DNA of 64,000 bases from Strigamia acuminata (Eukaryota): assembly GCA_949358305.1 (NCBI GenBank), contig OX442314.1:1054001-1118000 (forward strand). Direction: 5' to 3'. The notes beneath the pieces were generated by a model, which saw nothing but the letters and a program-made list of their open reading frames with translations, searched no databases and had not been told where the DNA came from. Positions 1 through 12,300 of the stretch are shown here, piece by piece. The translations under genes were made by a program, and so were the position numbers. Each line of letters starts with the position of its first letter. The first letter of the stretch is position 1.

Positions 1-263
1 GTGAGCAAGTTCGTTGCGAACAAGAGCCGGGAGATGAGCTTCAAGAGAATCCGAACCGGGTGCGCATCGTCATCAACGAGTTGGAGCCGTTTGCTGTGGC
101 GAATAAAGCTCCGAATGCCGGGAATAACGGGCCGGAAGCAATCGCGTCCACTTCGACCGAAAAGAATAACGATGTGTCGGCGACGATGGACGAAGTAAAC
201 ACGGTTTTGGAGCTGTTTCCAGGCACTGATCCCGAATACCTGCGATCTTTTGTCGAGCAGTAG
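1..263 (+). pseudogene. 3' part of degenerate host gene fragment ending in a CUE/UBA-like helix motif (VNTVLELFPGTDPEYLRSFVEQ)
   Basis: Same sequence as 58668-58930 (offset 58667). LFP..D.EYL resembles CUE-like ubiquitin-binding motifs, judged by eye; the frame stops immediately afterwards. Confidence 0.35.
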
Positions 264-631
264 TCGATTATATCATGGCGAACGTTTCTGGTGGTTGGCG
301 AAATCGCTCGTATCCCAGGTTGCCCGAAATCTAAAAGGCGGCGACTAAACGAAATTTATAGAAAGGTTTTATAGTTATTTGCTTTATTTTGTTTGTTTTA
401 TATGCTTTTTAGTATCGGGTGCATTCACTGACGCATAAACGGTCGTTTAAACCCGTTTAAAAGAGGTTTTGAACGAGATTTCCTGTTGTTATTATTATTA
501 TTATTTGATGTACGGTAAGCAAATTTGCACCAGTTATTTTTTGTTTACGACTAAAGAAGAAGAAGAATGATACTTACGTGTACAGTTAGGCCTGGAAACA
601 AAAAGAAAAGCGAGGGCGAGGAAACAATGCA

Positions 632-1789
632 CACTGGAAAAAAAATCAGATTTACTCACTTGTAAAGAATTGTAAATATATAGGTAGATGGATTTTACAA
701 GTTTGTAAATTAGATTTACAAACAATTGAAAATAAGTCTTTTCCAAACATATTTACAATCTGGAAAGAGACCATTTCCGGGACTTTTTTTACAATAACTT
801 TACAAACATTTTCAATTGTGTAATTATAAAATTTCATAATATATTTCCAATGTATTTCCCATGTATTTTCAATGTATTTTCAACATATTTCCAATATAAA
901 AAATTTACTACCCTCCATTTTGAAAAATTTAAATACACTAACTCAATTTTTTTTTTTTAGTTAAGCTGTTTGACTTTTTTTCAATTACCATTCAACAATT
1001 AGTTTTCATTAATTTCATCACTATTCAGATGTTTTATTGACAGTTTTATTCAAATTTATTTATCTTAAAGTTTTCTTTTTTCTTACCATGACCTCTGTCA
1101 GAATTGAACCTGGGACCCTTTGTTCCAAAGACCACTGCTCTGTCCACTAGGCTAGTATGACTTGAAATAGTTTATGCATAACTTCCTATATATAGTAACT
1201 ACTTTGTTAAATAATCTATTTGAGATTGATTGTATTAAAAATACAATCAATCTCACATTGATTATTTGTAGAGGAATCGGATTGTTTCATCGACGGTACG
1301 TTTCATTCATCGACACGTATTTTTCCGTCCCTGCGCCCTGATTGGCCCGATTTCGTATTGTCCATGTCGGTTCGAAATTGGACCGTTTTATACATTATTT
1401 TCTTTTCTGAGTTCAAATTTGACACAATTTTATTGTTCCTGACAGTATTTTACCTTGTTCTTGTTACTTTTCAGATATTTAAATGTTACATTTAAATTTC
1501 AAGTATTTTCTTGCTTTTACATTATGTTTACAATCATTGTGCAATGAAGTTTACAACACATTTCCATCTAAAAGAAAATTGATTGGAAACATAACATTTC
1601 AAACAAAAGATTTACAACTAATTGAAAATGAGTTTTCATCTCTAGGATTTACTACACATTTTCAGAAGTTTGGAAATATATAAATATTTCCAACACATTT
1701 CCAACAAATTTCCACATCATAGTAAATTCAACTTTTCCATATAAATTTTCAACTTGGAAATGTTTGAAAATATGCTTTTTTTTCCAGTG
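632..1789. mobile_element. Non-autonomous CMC-superfamily (CACTA/Chapaev-like) DNA transposon, 1158 bp
   Basis: TIRs CACTGGAAAAAAAA / TTTTTTTTCCAGTG, 3-bp TSD GCA (629-631, 1790-1792). Empty site GAAACAAT-GCA-GGTCGCTC is present in the duplicate near 59295. AT-rich, no transposase ORF. Confidence 0.88.
1088..1160 (-). other. tRNA-derived remnant (Pol III A-box and B-box) inside the DNA transposon
   Basis: Minus strand reads TAGCCTAGTGG (A box) ... GGTTCAATTC (B box) at tRNA-like spacing; acceptor stem is not convincing. Confidence 0.5.
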
Positions 1790-2194
1790 GCAGGTCGCTC
1801 ATTCTCAAAATACGTGAAATCGTTCCACAAATAATAATAATAATAATGAAAATAACAACAATAATTTTGTAACTGAAATAATAAAAAAGGATGAGAACGA
1901 TATAGAACAACGATTATCTCACATCGTTTGGCTCACACTTCCAAATCTAGGCCTGAAGGCCTATTTCGGGTTCTTCTTGCCACAAATGTTTTTTTTTGAC
2001 TTTTTTGACTTTTTTGACTTTTCTCCCACCGTGTTTTTATTGACGGCTCGAACTTGATCGCATAAAATTTCCAGGTAAACATTCGAGTAATTCTTGCAAA
2101 ACCCGTTCTAACTTCCCTTCTATTCACAGAGTGGAACAGTTATGGATATCGACAAAAAAAGCACACTGACTTCTTAATTTAAGAATGAAAAACG

Positions 2195-2791
2195 ATGAAA
2201 AAAGTTAAATTTTTTAAATGGGACGATGACAATGACGACGAAGACGACGATGACAGTGACGATGACAGTGACGACGAAGATGAAGACGGCGACGAAGACG
2301 ACGACATTCCGCACATTCTCGGGATGATCGCAGTTCCGCCCATGCCACAGTACGCAGTTGAAGAAAACGAAGACGACGACGACGAAGACGACGACGACAT
2401 TCCGTACATGCCCGGCATGATCGCCGTTGCGCCCGCGCCGCATGCAGTTGAAGACGACGACGACGACGACGACGACATTGCGAATCGTCCAAACCTTCCT
2501 GGTATGATCGCCGTTACTCCCGCGCCACAACACACAGTTAAAGTAAACGACATCGCAGAAGTATTTCGTCATAAATTAATCCAAACAATCAAACAAAGTA
2601 CCGGTAATTAAAATGAATTTAATTTGTATGTAGGAAGTGAATTATATCATTAACGGGCTTCGAGTGCTCCACCCGGATTTCTTGGTGGATCGGAACGAAG
2701 TATACGCGATGGTTGAAACCTTGAGTGCGAATCCCAACAGAAGAAACATCGTAATTGATCGTTTGATCGCCGAACGGTTAAAGCAACCCGT
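2195..2791 (+). pseudogene. Acidic repeat-containing host gene fragment, predicted exons 2195-2560 and 2634-2791, interrupted by the Gypsy-A LTR
   Basis: Asp-rich ORF with three (I/L)PxxPGMIAVxP repeats; phase-0 GT(2561)...AG(2633) intron joins it to the 2637 ORF (EVNYIINGLR...NRRNIVIDRLIAERLK), which is paralogous to the 58460-58930 ORF. Confidence 0.5.
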
Positions 2792-4538
2792 TGTGACGAT
2801 TCTACTTTTGGTTGATTTAATAGCCATTTAAGATAGTTAAATAATCGGTTTAAACAAGACGTTGCTAAGTTTAGCAACAACCTAACCGAGATAAGCTACG
2901 GAAGCCTTCACAAACATGAATATGTAATCAAGTAGAAATAACTTACAGTTTCAGTGTGACATGACATATTTATTACTAAATACTAATAACAAAAGATGGG
3001 TTCTGGACGCGTGTAAACGGGCGGCATCAACTGGTTGAGGATCCGGGCGAAGCCAGAGGGATACGGCTGACTTGCGGCATCGTCACAAATAGCGCTACGG
3101 AGACGCGTTTGGTCCGCAGCTCGAATATCTAAACATGCGAAGAGTCCTTCGCATTAATCGGAATATTCGGCAGAATATTCCATGTTCCAAATGAATAAAA
3201 GTAAAGTGAGTAAAGTAATATAACAAATGAATTGTTATATAAATAATAATTGGGCGGGGACCGTCACGACAATTGAGAGAACGTCGCGGGAGTTGTTGAG
3301 ACTCCATCCGCCAGCATGCCTTACGACGACAAGATCTCGTGATCAGGCGCCGAGTATTTAATTGTACGCTTTAACTCGCTATCGGTGGTACTAACCACCA
3401 GGTAAACATTTATATGGACTTACCGGGTTTAAAAGATGTTGCCAATACAGGATTACCAATGCCCGAGTAATTTATTTAACACAGTGTTGTTCAACTCCTG
3501 TTCACGGGTTACTAACCCGGAGGGTACGATGGGGCGGGGACCGTCACGACGGTCGAGAGAACCATCGCGGGAGGATTTGACTCCTCCATCCGCCAGCATG
3601 CCTTACGATGGCGGGATCCAACGATCGAGCACCGGGTAAAATATTATTTGGCCACTGCCGTTGGATTACCATTATCCAGGTAGTTATTTATCGCAACATC
3701 TACAGATATTACTCACGGGCTACCAACCCGGCGTGTTACTTGTGCATTAGGCCTTTACCGACTTTTAACGAGCGGAAGGACCAATCATAGAAAGACGGGA
3801 ACCTGCGTGGGTTGTTTACAACAACCATCCTGCAGCGGACTGTGGCCAGTTAGCTGAGGGACCTACTTTCATTTAGCAAGGTCGTACTGTATACGACCAT
3901 TATATTAAACCACCGTACGAAGTCCTACTGTCCCGTAGAACAGCTGGCTAACGTTACGGGGCCATTTCATGCAAATGCATGTCTATTACCGGAGTTAGCC
4001 TTCCCGAAATAGCCCTACAACAGCAATAACAAAATAGTAATGAATACTAACTGTGGAGAGCTGAGGTGGCCTGATGTGTCGATAGAGAATAATGAAATCA
4101 AACGATAACAATTCAACTACAGACAGTATACAAGTTCAGTTATCAAGCCAGGGGGTTTAGTGGGTGAGAAACTGATGCTTATATAGTTCTGTAGAACTAC
4201 TAGATTGGCGACAGCCAATCAGCGTACGAATCGGCGGATTCGTGGGTCACTAGTCCGGACCTAATATATGACTATGTCCAGATGGGCCCAGTTGGGGTCC
4301 GGAAGGGTCCGATTGGTTCCCTTCGACAGGTAAGTAATGTGGATATTGATTCGATAGAATCAACATTGTCAAGTAAATAATACTTAGTTTATATCGAATA
4401 AAATAGTTATATTTTATTCACCGTGTCTAAATAATTATTTATCACACTTTTTAGTTTTATCGAGTTTGATTTACGCGCGTTTGGTAAACAGCGCCATCTA
4501 TTGTGAACATTGATAAATACGGATTTGTAATCATCACA
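2792..4538 (-). repeat. Gypsy-A 3' LTR (1747 bp)
   Basis: Termini TGTGACGA...TCATCACA, followed by CATCCCCCGG (PPT CCGGGGGATG on minus). First 1101 bp appear identical to 22695-23795. Confidence 0.88.
4179..4220 (-). promoter_or_regulatory. Putative U3 promoter of LTR-A (TATA plus CCAAT boxes)
   Basis: CTATATAA on minus strand (4179-4186) with CCAAT motifs upstream; both conserved in the diverged LTR copy near 56810-56850. Confidence 0.5.
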
Positions 4539-5288
4539 CATCCCCCGGTGACAATCATAGAGTTTACCAACTTTTTAATTGTCATTCTTAATGTATAAGA
4601 AATGTTCACCTAATTCTATCGAATTAATCCACTTGGTAAGTATTTTATTAAACTTAATCTCGTTATTTCTTTCAGAAACTTCGTCACCCGATTAGACTAA
4701 TCGGCTTCCCTGTACAACGCAACTCCTGGTTGCTAAGCGACGGAAATGAACTCGTCCGAACATGGATACATGTTCGAGAAAACTAATTTCGATAGAAATT
4801 TTTATTTTCTCCATCAAATAAACTTCTTTCCTAGTTTATTAATCAGCAAGATAATCAATAAAAAATAAACTTATGCAAAATTTTATTTATCGAAAATCTA
4901 AACTACTAATTCTTTATTACGAATGTCATAAAAAATTAACGAATTTCAACTTGAAATTCTTCAACGCTTTGATCAAAGCAAAAAACAACACAATTTTCAC
5001 AAATAATTATGAAAAATAAACTAAACAATCACACATATGTTAATATGATTAATTCAAATAAACATCCAAATTGAATTCGAAAAACAATAACAAATTAAAT
5101 TGAATCCAATTTTTAAATTAAACTATACTCGTTTGAGCATTTAATTATTAGTTCAAGATCTTGAAACAAACAAACACAATACTCGTGGGAATATTTCGTA
5201 ATTGCAAAAACACAACAAAACACTTGGAGTATTTTTAGTCATAAAAAATCTCCACTCGGAAAAATAACGAACGTTAATTTTGTCCCTT

Positions 5289-6806
5289 TCATTCCTTCTT
5301 CTCGACTTCAGTCGAGTCTTTCTCTTCCTTCTTCTCGACTTCAGCAGAAGTCAGAAAATCCGACTCTTCAGTCGCCTCTGTCGAGACGGCGGAAAACACG
5401 GCTTCTTCCGGCGCTTCGATTTCATCCGGACTCGGAGGTGGAAACGGCATGTCGTCAAGAAGCTCAGCCACGAAGTCGACAACGGAAAGCAGCTCTTCCG
5501 CGTCTTCGAACTGTGCCTCGTCCGAAGTTTCAGACTTAGGCGCAATAGGAGCGCTCGAAACGTCGATTACGACCGCTGGAGGATCCTCCACGGGTTTGGA
5601 CGACGCTTCTACGGCCTGTTGAAGCTTACGAGCTCGCCCTCGTGCCAAGATGTTGGTTCGCTGAACCTTGGCAATTTCTCTCGCTCGGTCGAGCGTCAGA
5701 CAGCCTCGCCCTCGCGACATCGTTCTCGGTCGAACGATTTCTTCTACAACCTCGCTTCCAACGCTGTCGGCGGCCTGGACAGTTTCAGTAGAAACTTCGG
5801 AGTCCTCGGACGGCGGCGGTGACTGTCGAAGGAGTTCGATTCTTACGCCGGCGTTGACTTCAGCGCGGGCCCAGGTGAGGAAACGCGGGTCGATGTAGAC
5901 CGCTTCGCCACGACTATTCAGGAAAAGTCGGCACTTTGGGCAGTGAGCCCAACATCGCTTCTCGTTAGGCTTAATGCCTTTGACTACGTGGGGCTGAACC
6001 TCCTTGCGCCACGGCTCCGAACGCGGACGCGTTTTCCTTCCACGGCAGTTTGGACAGCGCATTAGAGAAGATCCTGCGGATGCACCGCAGCACCACCCAC
6101 AGCCGACGCAAAATGGGCAGATCGTCTCTGTTGCCTGGTCCGTCACGATGTTATCGTGAGGTATTCCGGCTGCCATGTCACGCTCGCACTGTTCTTTGCG
6201 CAGGCGGGCCTTCTCGTCCTTTTTTCTGGCCTTGTTGGCCGCTCGGTACTCGCGGTTGCGAGAAACAGGCTCCGAATAACGCAGAGCGCCCGGCGGCGGC
6301 TCATTCCATCCGTACTCTGACGCAGAAGACTCAGCACCAGCAGGAAGATGCGTAGCAGACGCTGATGATCCCGTCACAGTCGGTGCAGCAGCATTCGACG
6401 TGTGGGCGACGGTGGGCGCCACGCTTGCAGTTGGCGGCCGAAATTCGGGTGAATGCGGGGCCAACGGGACGTTGATAACGTTCGCGGGCGGATACGCCAC
6501 CTGGGCCAGCGGGGCCAATTGTGCCGACTCATAAATGGTTGGCTGCGCAGAAGTGGATGGGGCCTGCATCATCGCATTTAAGTCGAGCGGAAGTCCGTCC
6601 GGATGGACGCTCAGCCAATTTAGCGTTGCTAACTGCAGCGGCGTCAGGGCGTACATCGAGGCGGGCGCCGTCGGTATCGGTTGGGCCCTCATGTAAGCAC
6701 GTTCCGCTGAACGGCGTTGCTCGTCACTAGACGAGGTGGACGAGCTGGAACTTTCATGACGGTGTCGTCGATGACTCCGTTTTGAGTGATGTTTACCACC
6801 GCCCAT
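5289..6806 (-). CDS. Gypsy-A accessory ORF3, 505 aa, with basic/Ser-rich N-terminus, Cys-rich zinc-binding-like centre and acidic C-terminus; function unknown
   Basis: GC-rich uninterrupted ORF in AT-rich flanks between pol and the 3' LTR, same sense as pol. ATG at 6806 directly follows a splice-acceptor-like TTTGCGTCTACAG. Motifs CPFCVGCG, CPNCRG, CWAHCPKC. Confidence 0.75.
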   Translation of the reverse strand: MGGGKHHSKRSHRRHRHESSSSSTSSSDEQRRSAERAYMRAQPIPTAPASMYALTPLQLATLNWLSVHPDGLPLDLNAMMQAPSTSAQPTIYESAQLAPLAQVAYPPANVINVPLAPHSPEFRPPTASVAPTVAHTSNAAAPTVTGSSASATHLPAGAESSASEYGWNEPPPGALRYSEPVSRNREYRAANKARKKDEKARLRKEQCERDMAAGIPHDNIVTDQATETICPFCVGCGWCCGASAGSSLMRCPNCRGRKTRPRSEPWRKEVQPHVVKGIKPNEKRCWAHCPKCRLFLNSRGEAVYIDPRFLTWARAEVNAGVRIELLRQSPPPSEDSEVSTETVQAADSVGSEVVEEIVRPRTMSRGRGCLTLDRAREIAKVQRTNILARGRARKLQQAVEASSKPVEDPPAVVIDVSSAPIAPKSETSDEAQFEDAEELLSVVDFVAELLDDMPFPPPSPDEIEAPEEAVFSAVSTEATEESDFLTSAEVEKKEEKDSTEVEKKE

Positions 6807-7953
6807 CTGTAGACGCAAATAAATTATTTTATTAAAATAATTCCACTCTAAATAATCATTCCTTGGGTCCAAAGAATTAAAACGTATTGTTCGCAACGAA
6901 AAATACACGACTCGAGTTATTTATAACCCTTAACACGTGACACTAATGAGTCACATTCCCCTTGTGTTTATGACACGAGAATGGACTCGCCTGACAGCGA
7001 TTTTCATCGAAAATCGCAACTTGTTGATTTTTCAAAAGAAAAAATCCCCTTAGTTTTGTAAACTATTTAATCCAACTTCCGAGTATCAAAGATAACTTCT
7101 CGTATTAATTAATTAACACTTAGTCTAATAAATATCTTACATCGAAAATTCATCGCCAAATAAATTATGCAAGCCTCGACCGCGACTTGATTTAAATAAT
7201 TAGTGCCTACATACTTAAAACTTAATAATTCATTATTAATTTTTAACCCAACTATTCGACTGAATAGCTAAACTTCCAGAGTGATTTAATGCCGATTCAC
7301 GCTTATAATACACGTGAATTTTTTAACTTTTATCGGGACGCCGATATTTTACCAATTGTTGCGAACAATTCTTTTAAATTCTTTGGTCAAAGAATATTAT
7401 TGAAAACTACTTACGGCTGAAGCTAGTTTTCCTGCTTGAGTCGACTAAATGAATTAGCGTTGAAATCTCGAGTCGAAAAGTGAAGAGGGACGAAGGGACG
7501 AAGTCACTTATATCCACGTGTGTTACGAAGTGTTTGTGTGCAATGAACCCTGGGAATTTTATTCCCTATTAATTGTCGGGTTCGAGGTTTAATCACACCT
7601 CGTAAGTCTCATACCCTCGTGAAGAGGCGAGATTATCACTTTTCAAAGTAATTCTCTGTATTTTAATTAAAATACATACAAATATGACCAAATAATAAAA
7701 TATTCTATCGAATATTTTAACTTATCGCAACAAATTCATATTTTAATATAAATTTCGATACTCTTCATATCAAAGTGTCCCCCGGTGTTGAGATTTTCAA
7801 TCACTACACCTGTTAGACATGTAAAATAATTACTGTCTCCAAGTTTTAAATAAAACTTATCAATTCCAACAGAACTTTGAGGCTTTTCCTCGTTGTTGGT
7901 ATGGTTTTTTAAATACTGCAGTGATGTTTCGCACGAAATTTTCATCTGCATAT

Positions 7954-8484
7954 TGTGGGTCTAAAGACCATTTATTTGATCGATGTCGAATGTTTCTGAT
8001 GTCAATTTAGCGTTTTATTTCACACGATGTAAACTTTTACTGCTTTAGAATCAAATGCGGTATTTGTATTTGCTTTACGATTGTTCCGTACGAAATTCCG
8101 TACGATTTATGTATCTACTAATGAGATTTGTTCTATTTTTCAATGTTAATGTTATTATCTGGCACTAGAGTGCCACACTTGTTTTCCTTGCAAAATCCAA
8201 GATGGCGCAACACACGGGCGTGTGTTGCCCTGACTGTTTATCCACATCAAAGTAATGTATTTTCGTTTAATTAAATTGTTTTTAGTAGTTTTAACAATTG
8301 TACTTACTTTAAAGCACCTTCTGTGCTCTTTTGTGCGCGAATAAGCGGCCTTAAGCCGCGCGCTTGTTACGAAACGTATTGCGACGTATCGCAAACGTTC
8401 GCGTCGCAGACCGACGCCATTACGGCAATTTGCCGCACGCTTCTCGGCGATATCTCGCCGATATCTGCGCCCCTCTGTTCTACA
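7954..8484 (+). repeat. Copia 5' LTR
   Basis: TGTGGGTC...TTCTACA, repeated at offset 6724. Confidence 0.95.
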
Positions 8485-8486
8485 TT

Positions 8487-8504
8487 TGGTAGCAGAGGAT
8501 GGTT
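8487..8504 (+). promoter_or_regulatory. Copia primer-binding site, initiator tRNA-Met
   Basis: TGGTAGCAGAGGATGGTT is the complement of the 3' 18 nt of animal tRNA-iMet and lies 2 nt after the LTR. Confidence 0.92.
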
Positions 8505-9389
8505 GCTGCCTAATTCCACGTTTATTTCGTTAATTTTCGACGTATTTGTCGCGAAATTCGCGACTTGTGCGCCGAAATTCGTTTATTTTCAGGTACCGAC
8601 GATCCTCGCCTCGTCAGTTTCGTTTTACGAACGTCTACGACGTACCGCCGACGTTCCACACAGCCAGGGCTGTTTATCCTACGATCATTTGACTAATTTT
8701 GTCCAAATTCTCGCGGGTTTCGCGGTTTTTGAGGCAAATTTATTTATTTTTGCAGATTTTTCGACAAAACTGGATTTTCGACACTGCTTAGCACGAAGCG
8801 GCAGTTCCAACGAGAACCGAACACTAGATTGTTCGCCGCTTAGTTCCCCGGTGAACGGCGGTTATCACCGATCTGTGCAAGTGGACGAAGAGCCTCGATT
8901 TATTCGAGAAGATTTCGGATTTCACATCCGAAATAGCGCTTTCTCCAGCTTTTCGAGAAAGCTGCGCCGTGCCTTCATTTGCACGAGGATCGCATCCGCG
9001 ATTGATTCGTCTATTTCTCCTTCTTTCGACTTTACCTTTGTTAGAATTAAGGGTATTTTGGTGTGGGACCTTATTAGATTCGACACAGCTCTTCGGGCAT
9101 TCCGTCCACCGCTGTGTTTGTATTTTGTGACAAGGCTGAGCCCTGCGCCACCTAGCATTCCCGTGACCCCAGGAGGTCGTAAAGGACGCTAGGGGGACAC
9201 TTGTCACAAGCTATCAGCTGATTGTAGCATCGGCTCCCCCTTTGAAGGTTTCCGCCTCGAAAGTGTGTGTGAAGTGCTTCAGTTCAGTGCTCCGAATCGA
9301 AGTCAGCATTTGTGCAGTGCTCCAGTATTTAACGTACCATTCCTTGAGTCAGTGTGTTCGTCGCGTTGTGTCGAGTTTTCCACTCCACA

Positions 9390-12300
9390 ATGAAGAAAGC
9401 GTCGGAATTATCGGGCGGAACGGTTCCCGTACTCACCGTTGGGAACTATGAATCCTGGCAGCGCTCGATGCGCATGCTTCTAAAATCCGAAGGTTTATGG
9501 AGACACGTGACCGAGGAAAAGGAGGCCGAGCACCTTGCAACTTTAAATGAAAAGGAAAAGGACCGTTATGCTGTGAAAAAGGACAAAGCACTTGGTCACA
9601 TATATATTCACGTCAGTGAAGCGAAACGATCGGCCCTCGACGCTTGCAATACACCTAAGCAAGCATGGGACAAGTTGGCCACCATTTATGCACCGAGTTC
9701 CAGGGCCAGACGAGCGGCCATGAGATGGGAATTTTTGAGCCTCCAACTCAAACCTGGTGAAGACATGCCTGATTTCATCGGTCGTGTGGACCATTTTGTT
9801 CAACAATTAAAAGACGTTGGTGAAAATGTCTCAGAAGAACATCATTCTTTCCAATATCTCAAGGGTTTACCACCGGAATATTCCCAGGCCACGTTTGCAG
9901 TATACCACTGGCCCGACGCAAACTTTACTCCAACCAAAGTGGCGGAACAGTTATTGTCCGAGCAGATGCGTTTAAAGGCAATGGGATTGACTAACCAACC
10001 GTCTGCACATACCTCGAAAGGACAGTTTCGCCAGCGTAATCAATCTCGCGGACCTCGAGATTTGTCTAAAATCAAGTGTTTTAACTGTGATCAAATGGGT
10101 CACTACGCTAATCGTTGCCCTCAACCACCACGTGGAGACGGGAATCAGTCCACAGCTTCTGTTCAGCGTTCGTCGCGAAGTAAAAGCCGCAGACGTAATA
10201 AAAATGCCGCTGCCAAAGTTGAAGACAATCGCCCACGCGGAAGTTCACGTCCGAAGCGAGAGGGGACATTCTTTTGCAGTGCTCCGCAGATTATTGAGCG
10301 TCCTACGGTCCATTTCATGCAATCCAATGAATGGATCGTGGATTGCGGGGCAACAGATCACGTTTCCCACGTGCGTGACTGGTTTACAGACTTTTCAAAT
10401 ATCCAGCCATTTGATATTGCGTTAGGCCAAGGCAAATCACAGGTGACAGGACGAGGGACAGTTCAATTGCTCACGTCGGTCGATGGCGCGGATTGCACCA
10501 TCAATTTGAAGAACGTTCTCTTTGCGCCGAATTTCGAAGCCAATTTGATTTCGGTGTCAAAGATTGACAAGACCAATCACCATGTGCATTTCTTTAATGG
10601 AGAGGTGAATGTTTATCAGACAGACTTCCGTTCACCTATTATTCGTGCGAGAGAACGCGGTGGATTATATTATTTGGACGGTTTATGCTCAACGCATCTT
10701 GTGACGCCAACTGTTTCAACAATTACTCAACCGCCAGTCCAGATATCACTCCAACCTGTGCAAACACTTGTCACAACAGAAGTAGATTTCGACAACGTGC
10801 CAAAGCCAAAGAAGGGCAAATCAAAACTACGGGAAATTTCAGACTTTCGCATAACTTTGCCTGCTATCGAACCAGCGAAGCAAATGCCAGTTCAGCAAAC
10901 TCCTAACCCTCCTTTACCTGCACAAGTCACCATTCCACCGCCTACCCAGAAAAATCCCAATATCCAATCCTATGTTGACATCCTAAAGTCCTTGCCACAT
11001 GCCTTTCTACCCAGCGAAACCTCTAATCCAAAACAGAAGGTTGTTGCTAATCCTACTACAGTGAAGGATGCAACTGGTTTGTGGCACAGTCGTCTTGGCC
11101 ACCTTCATACGAACGCCATGAAGTTGTTAGCGGCCAATGAACAAGTCCATGGAATGGAGCCAGCAGAAGTCCGTCAGGAGTTAGCCTGCAATGACTGTCG
11201 TATTGCTAAATCTACGAGGGCTTCTCACAAGCCGGACCCACATCCCATGACTTCAAAGCCATTAGATCTTTTACACATGGATTTGTGGGGGCCAGCCCCA
11301 ATCACTTCCTTGGGCGGCTCGGATTATGTATTCACCATAATTGACGATGCAACACGCTACACCTGGATTTTTCCTCTGACACATAAATCTCAGACATTTG
11401 CTGCATTTAAAGACTTCGTCGCCAGAGTTGAGCGGGTTCAGAACACTACCGTAAAAGCAATCAGATCCGATAGGGGCGGCGAATTCATGTCAAATGAATT
11501 CTTGCATTATCTTCAAGAAAAGGGTATCCAGGGACAGCGAACTAACCCCGCATCGCCACAAATGAACGGGACAGCAGAAAGGATAAACCGGACAATGGCC
11601 GACAGTGTCCGATCGATTATTTCAGAAACAAAGCTCCCTGATGCACTCTGGGCCGAACTCGCTGTTACCTTCGGGTATATAAAGAATAGGAGCCCACATT
11701 CCAGACTGAAACATCAAGTCCCATACATTCTTTGGCGACAAAGAGATTTATCATTACGCCACCTACGTAAAATAGGATCCAAATGTTGGGTGCATTACAC
11801 TGCACCGGGACGCAAGAAACTGGAAGCGCGTGCTTGGGAAGGATATCTTGTTGGCTACGCCACCAGCACTCGCGGCTACAGAGTCTGGAATCCAGTCGAA
11901 GACAGAGTATATGAATCTATTCACGTTAAAATCGACGAACATCAATCTTATCGGAAGTCTTTGCGAGGTTCAACGCAAAGACCTGATGAAACATTCCTTG
12001 AAAACGGCAATGGACAACAATCCGTATCATTTGACGATAATGTCAGATATCATCGTTGGCCGAAAGGGTCTGATTCTGATCGCTCTGATAACAGCGATAA
12101 CGATGATGACAATGGCAATGACAACCAGACTTCAACATCTGCGTCAATGCATACACCTCTTGTCTACTTGCCGCCTCCGACGACACCTGAGCAGCGATTA
12201 TTGGATGCATGTGCGTTGGAGTTACCAAGCTCAGCTAGTTTGAGACAATCTCAATCGTATCCTATTCTATGGATTCCACCAGATGAGGACGATACAGATG

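Larger units (their letters stand above)
1..2609 (+). repeat. Near-identical duplicate of 58668-60112 (segmental or haplotypic duplication)
   Basis: ORF track pairs at constant offsets of 58667 before and 57506 after the DNA transposon; the 1161-bp difference equals element (1158) plus TSD (3). Confidence 0.9.

Noticed and set aside
1088..1160. Functional tRNA gene
   Set aside because: Acceptor and anticodon stems do not pair well; lies inside a transposon.
5289..6908. ORF3 as an envelope gene, and the 6908 start
   Set aside because: No signal peptide or transmembrane segment visible; the first 34 codons are AT-rich intron-like sequence before the acceptor and ATG at 6806.
8323..9192. 289-aa plus-strand ORF across Copia LTR, PBS and leader
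   Set aside because: Non-ATG start, spans the LTR/PBS boundary, no motif.
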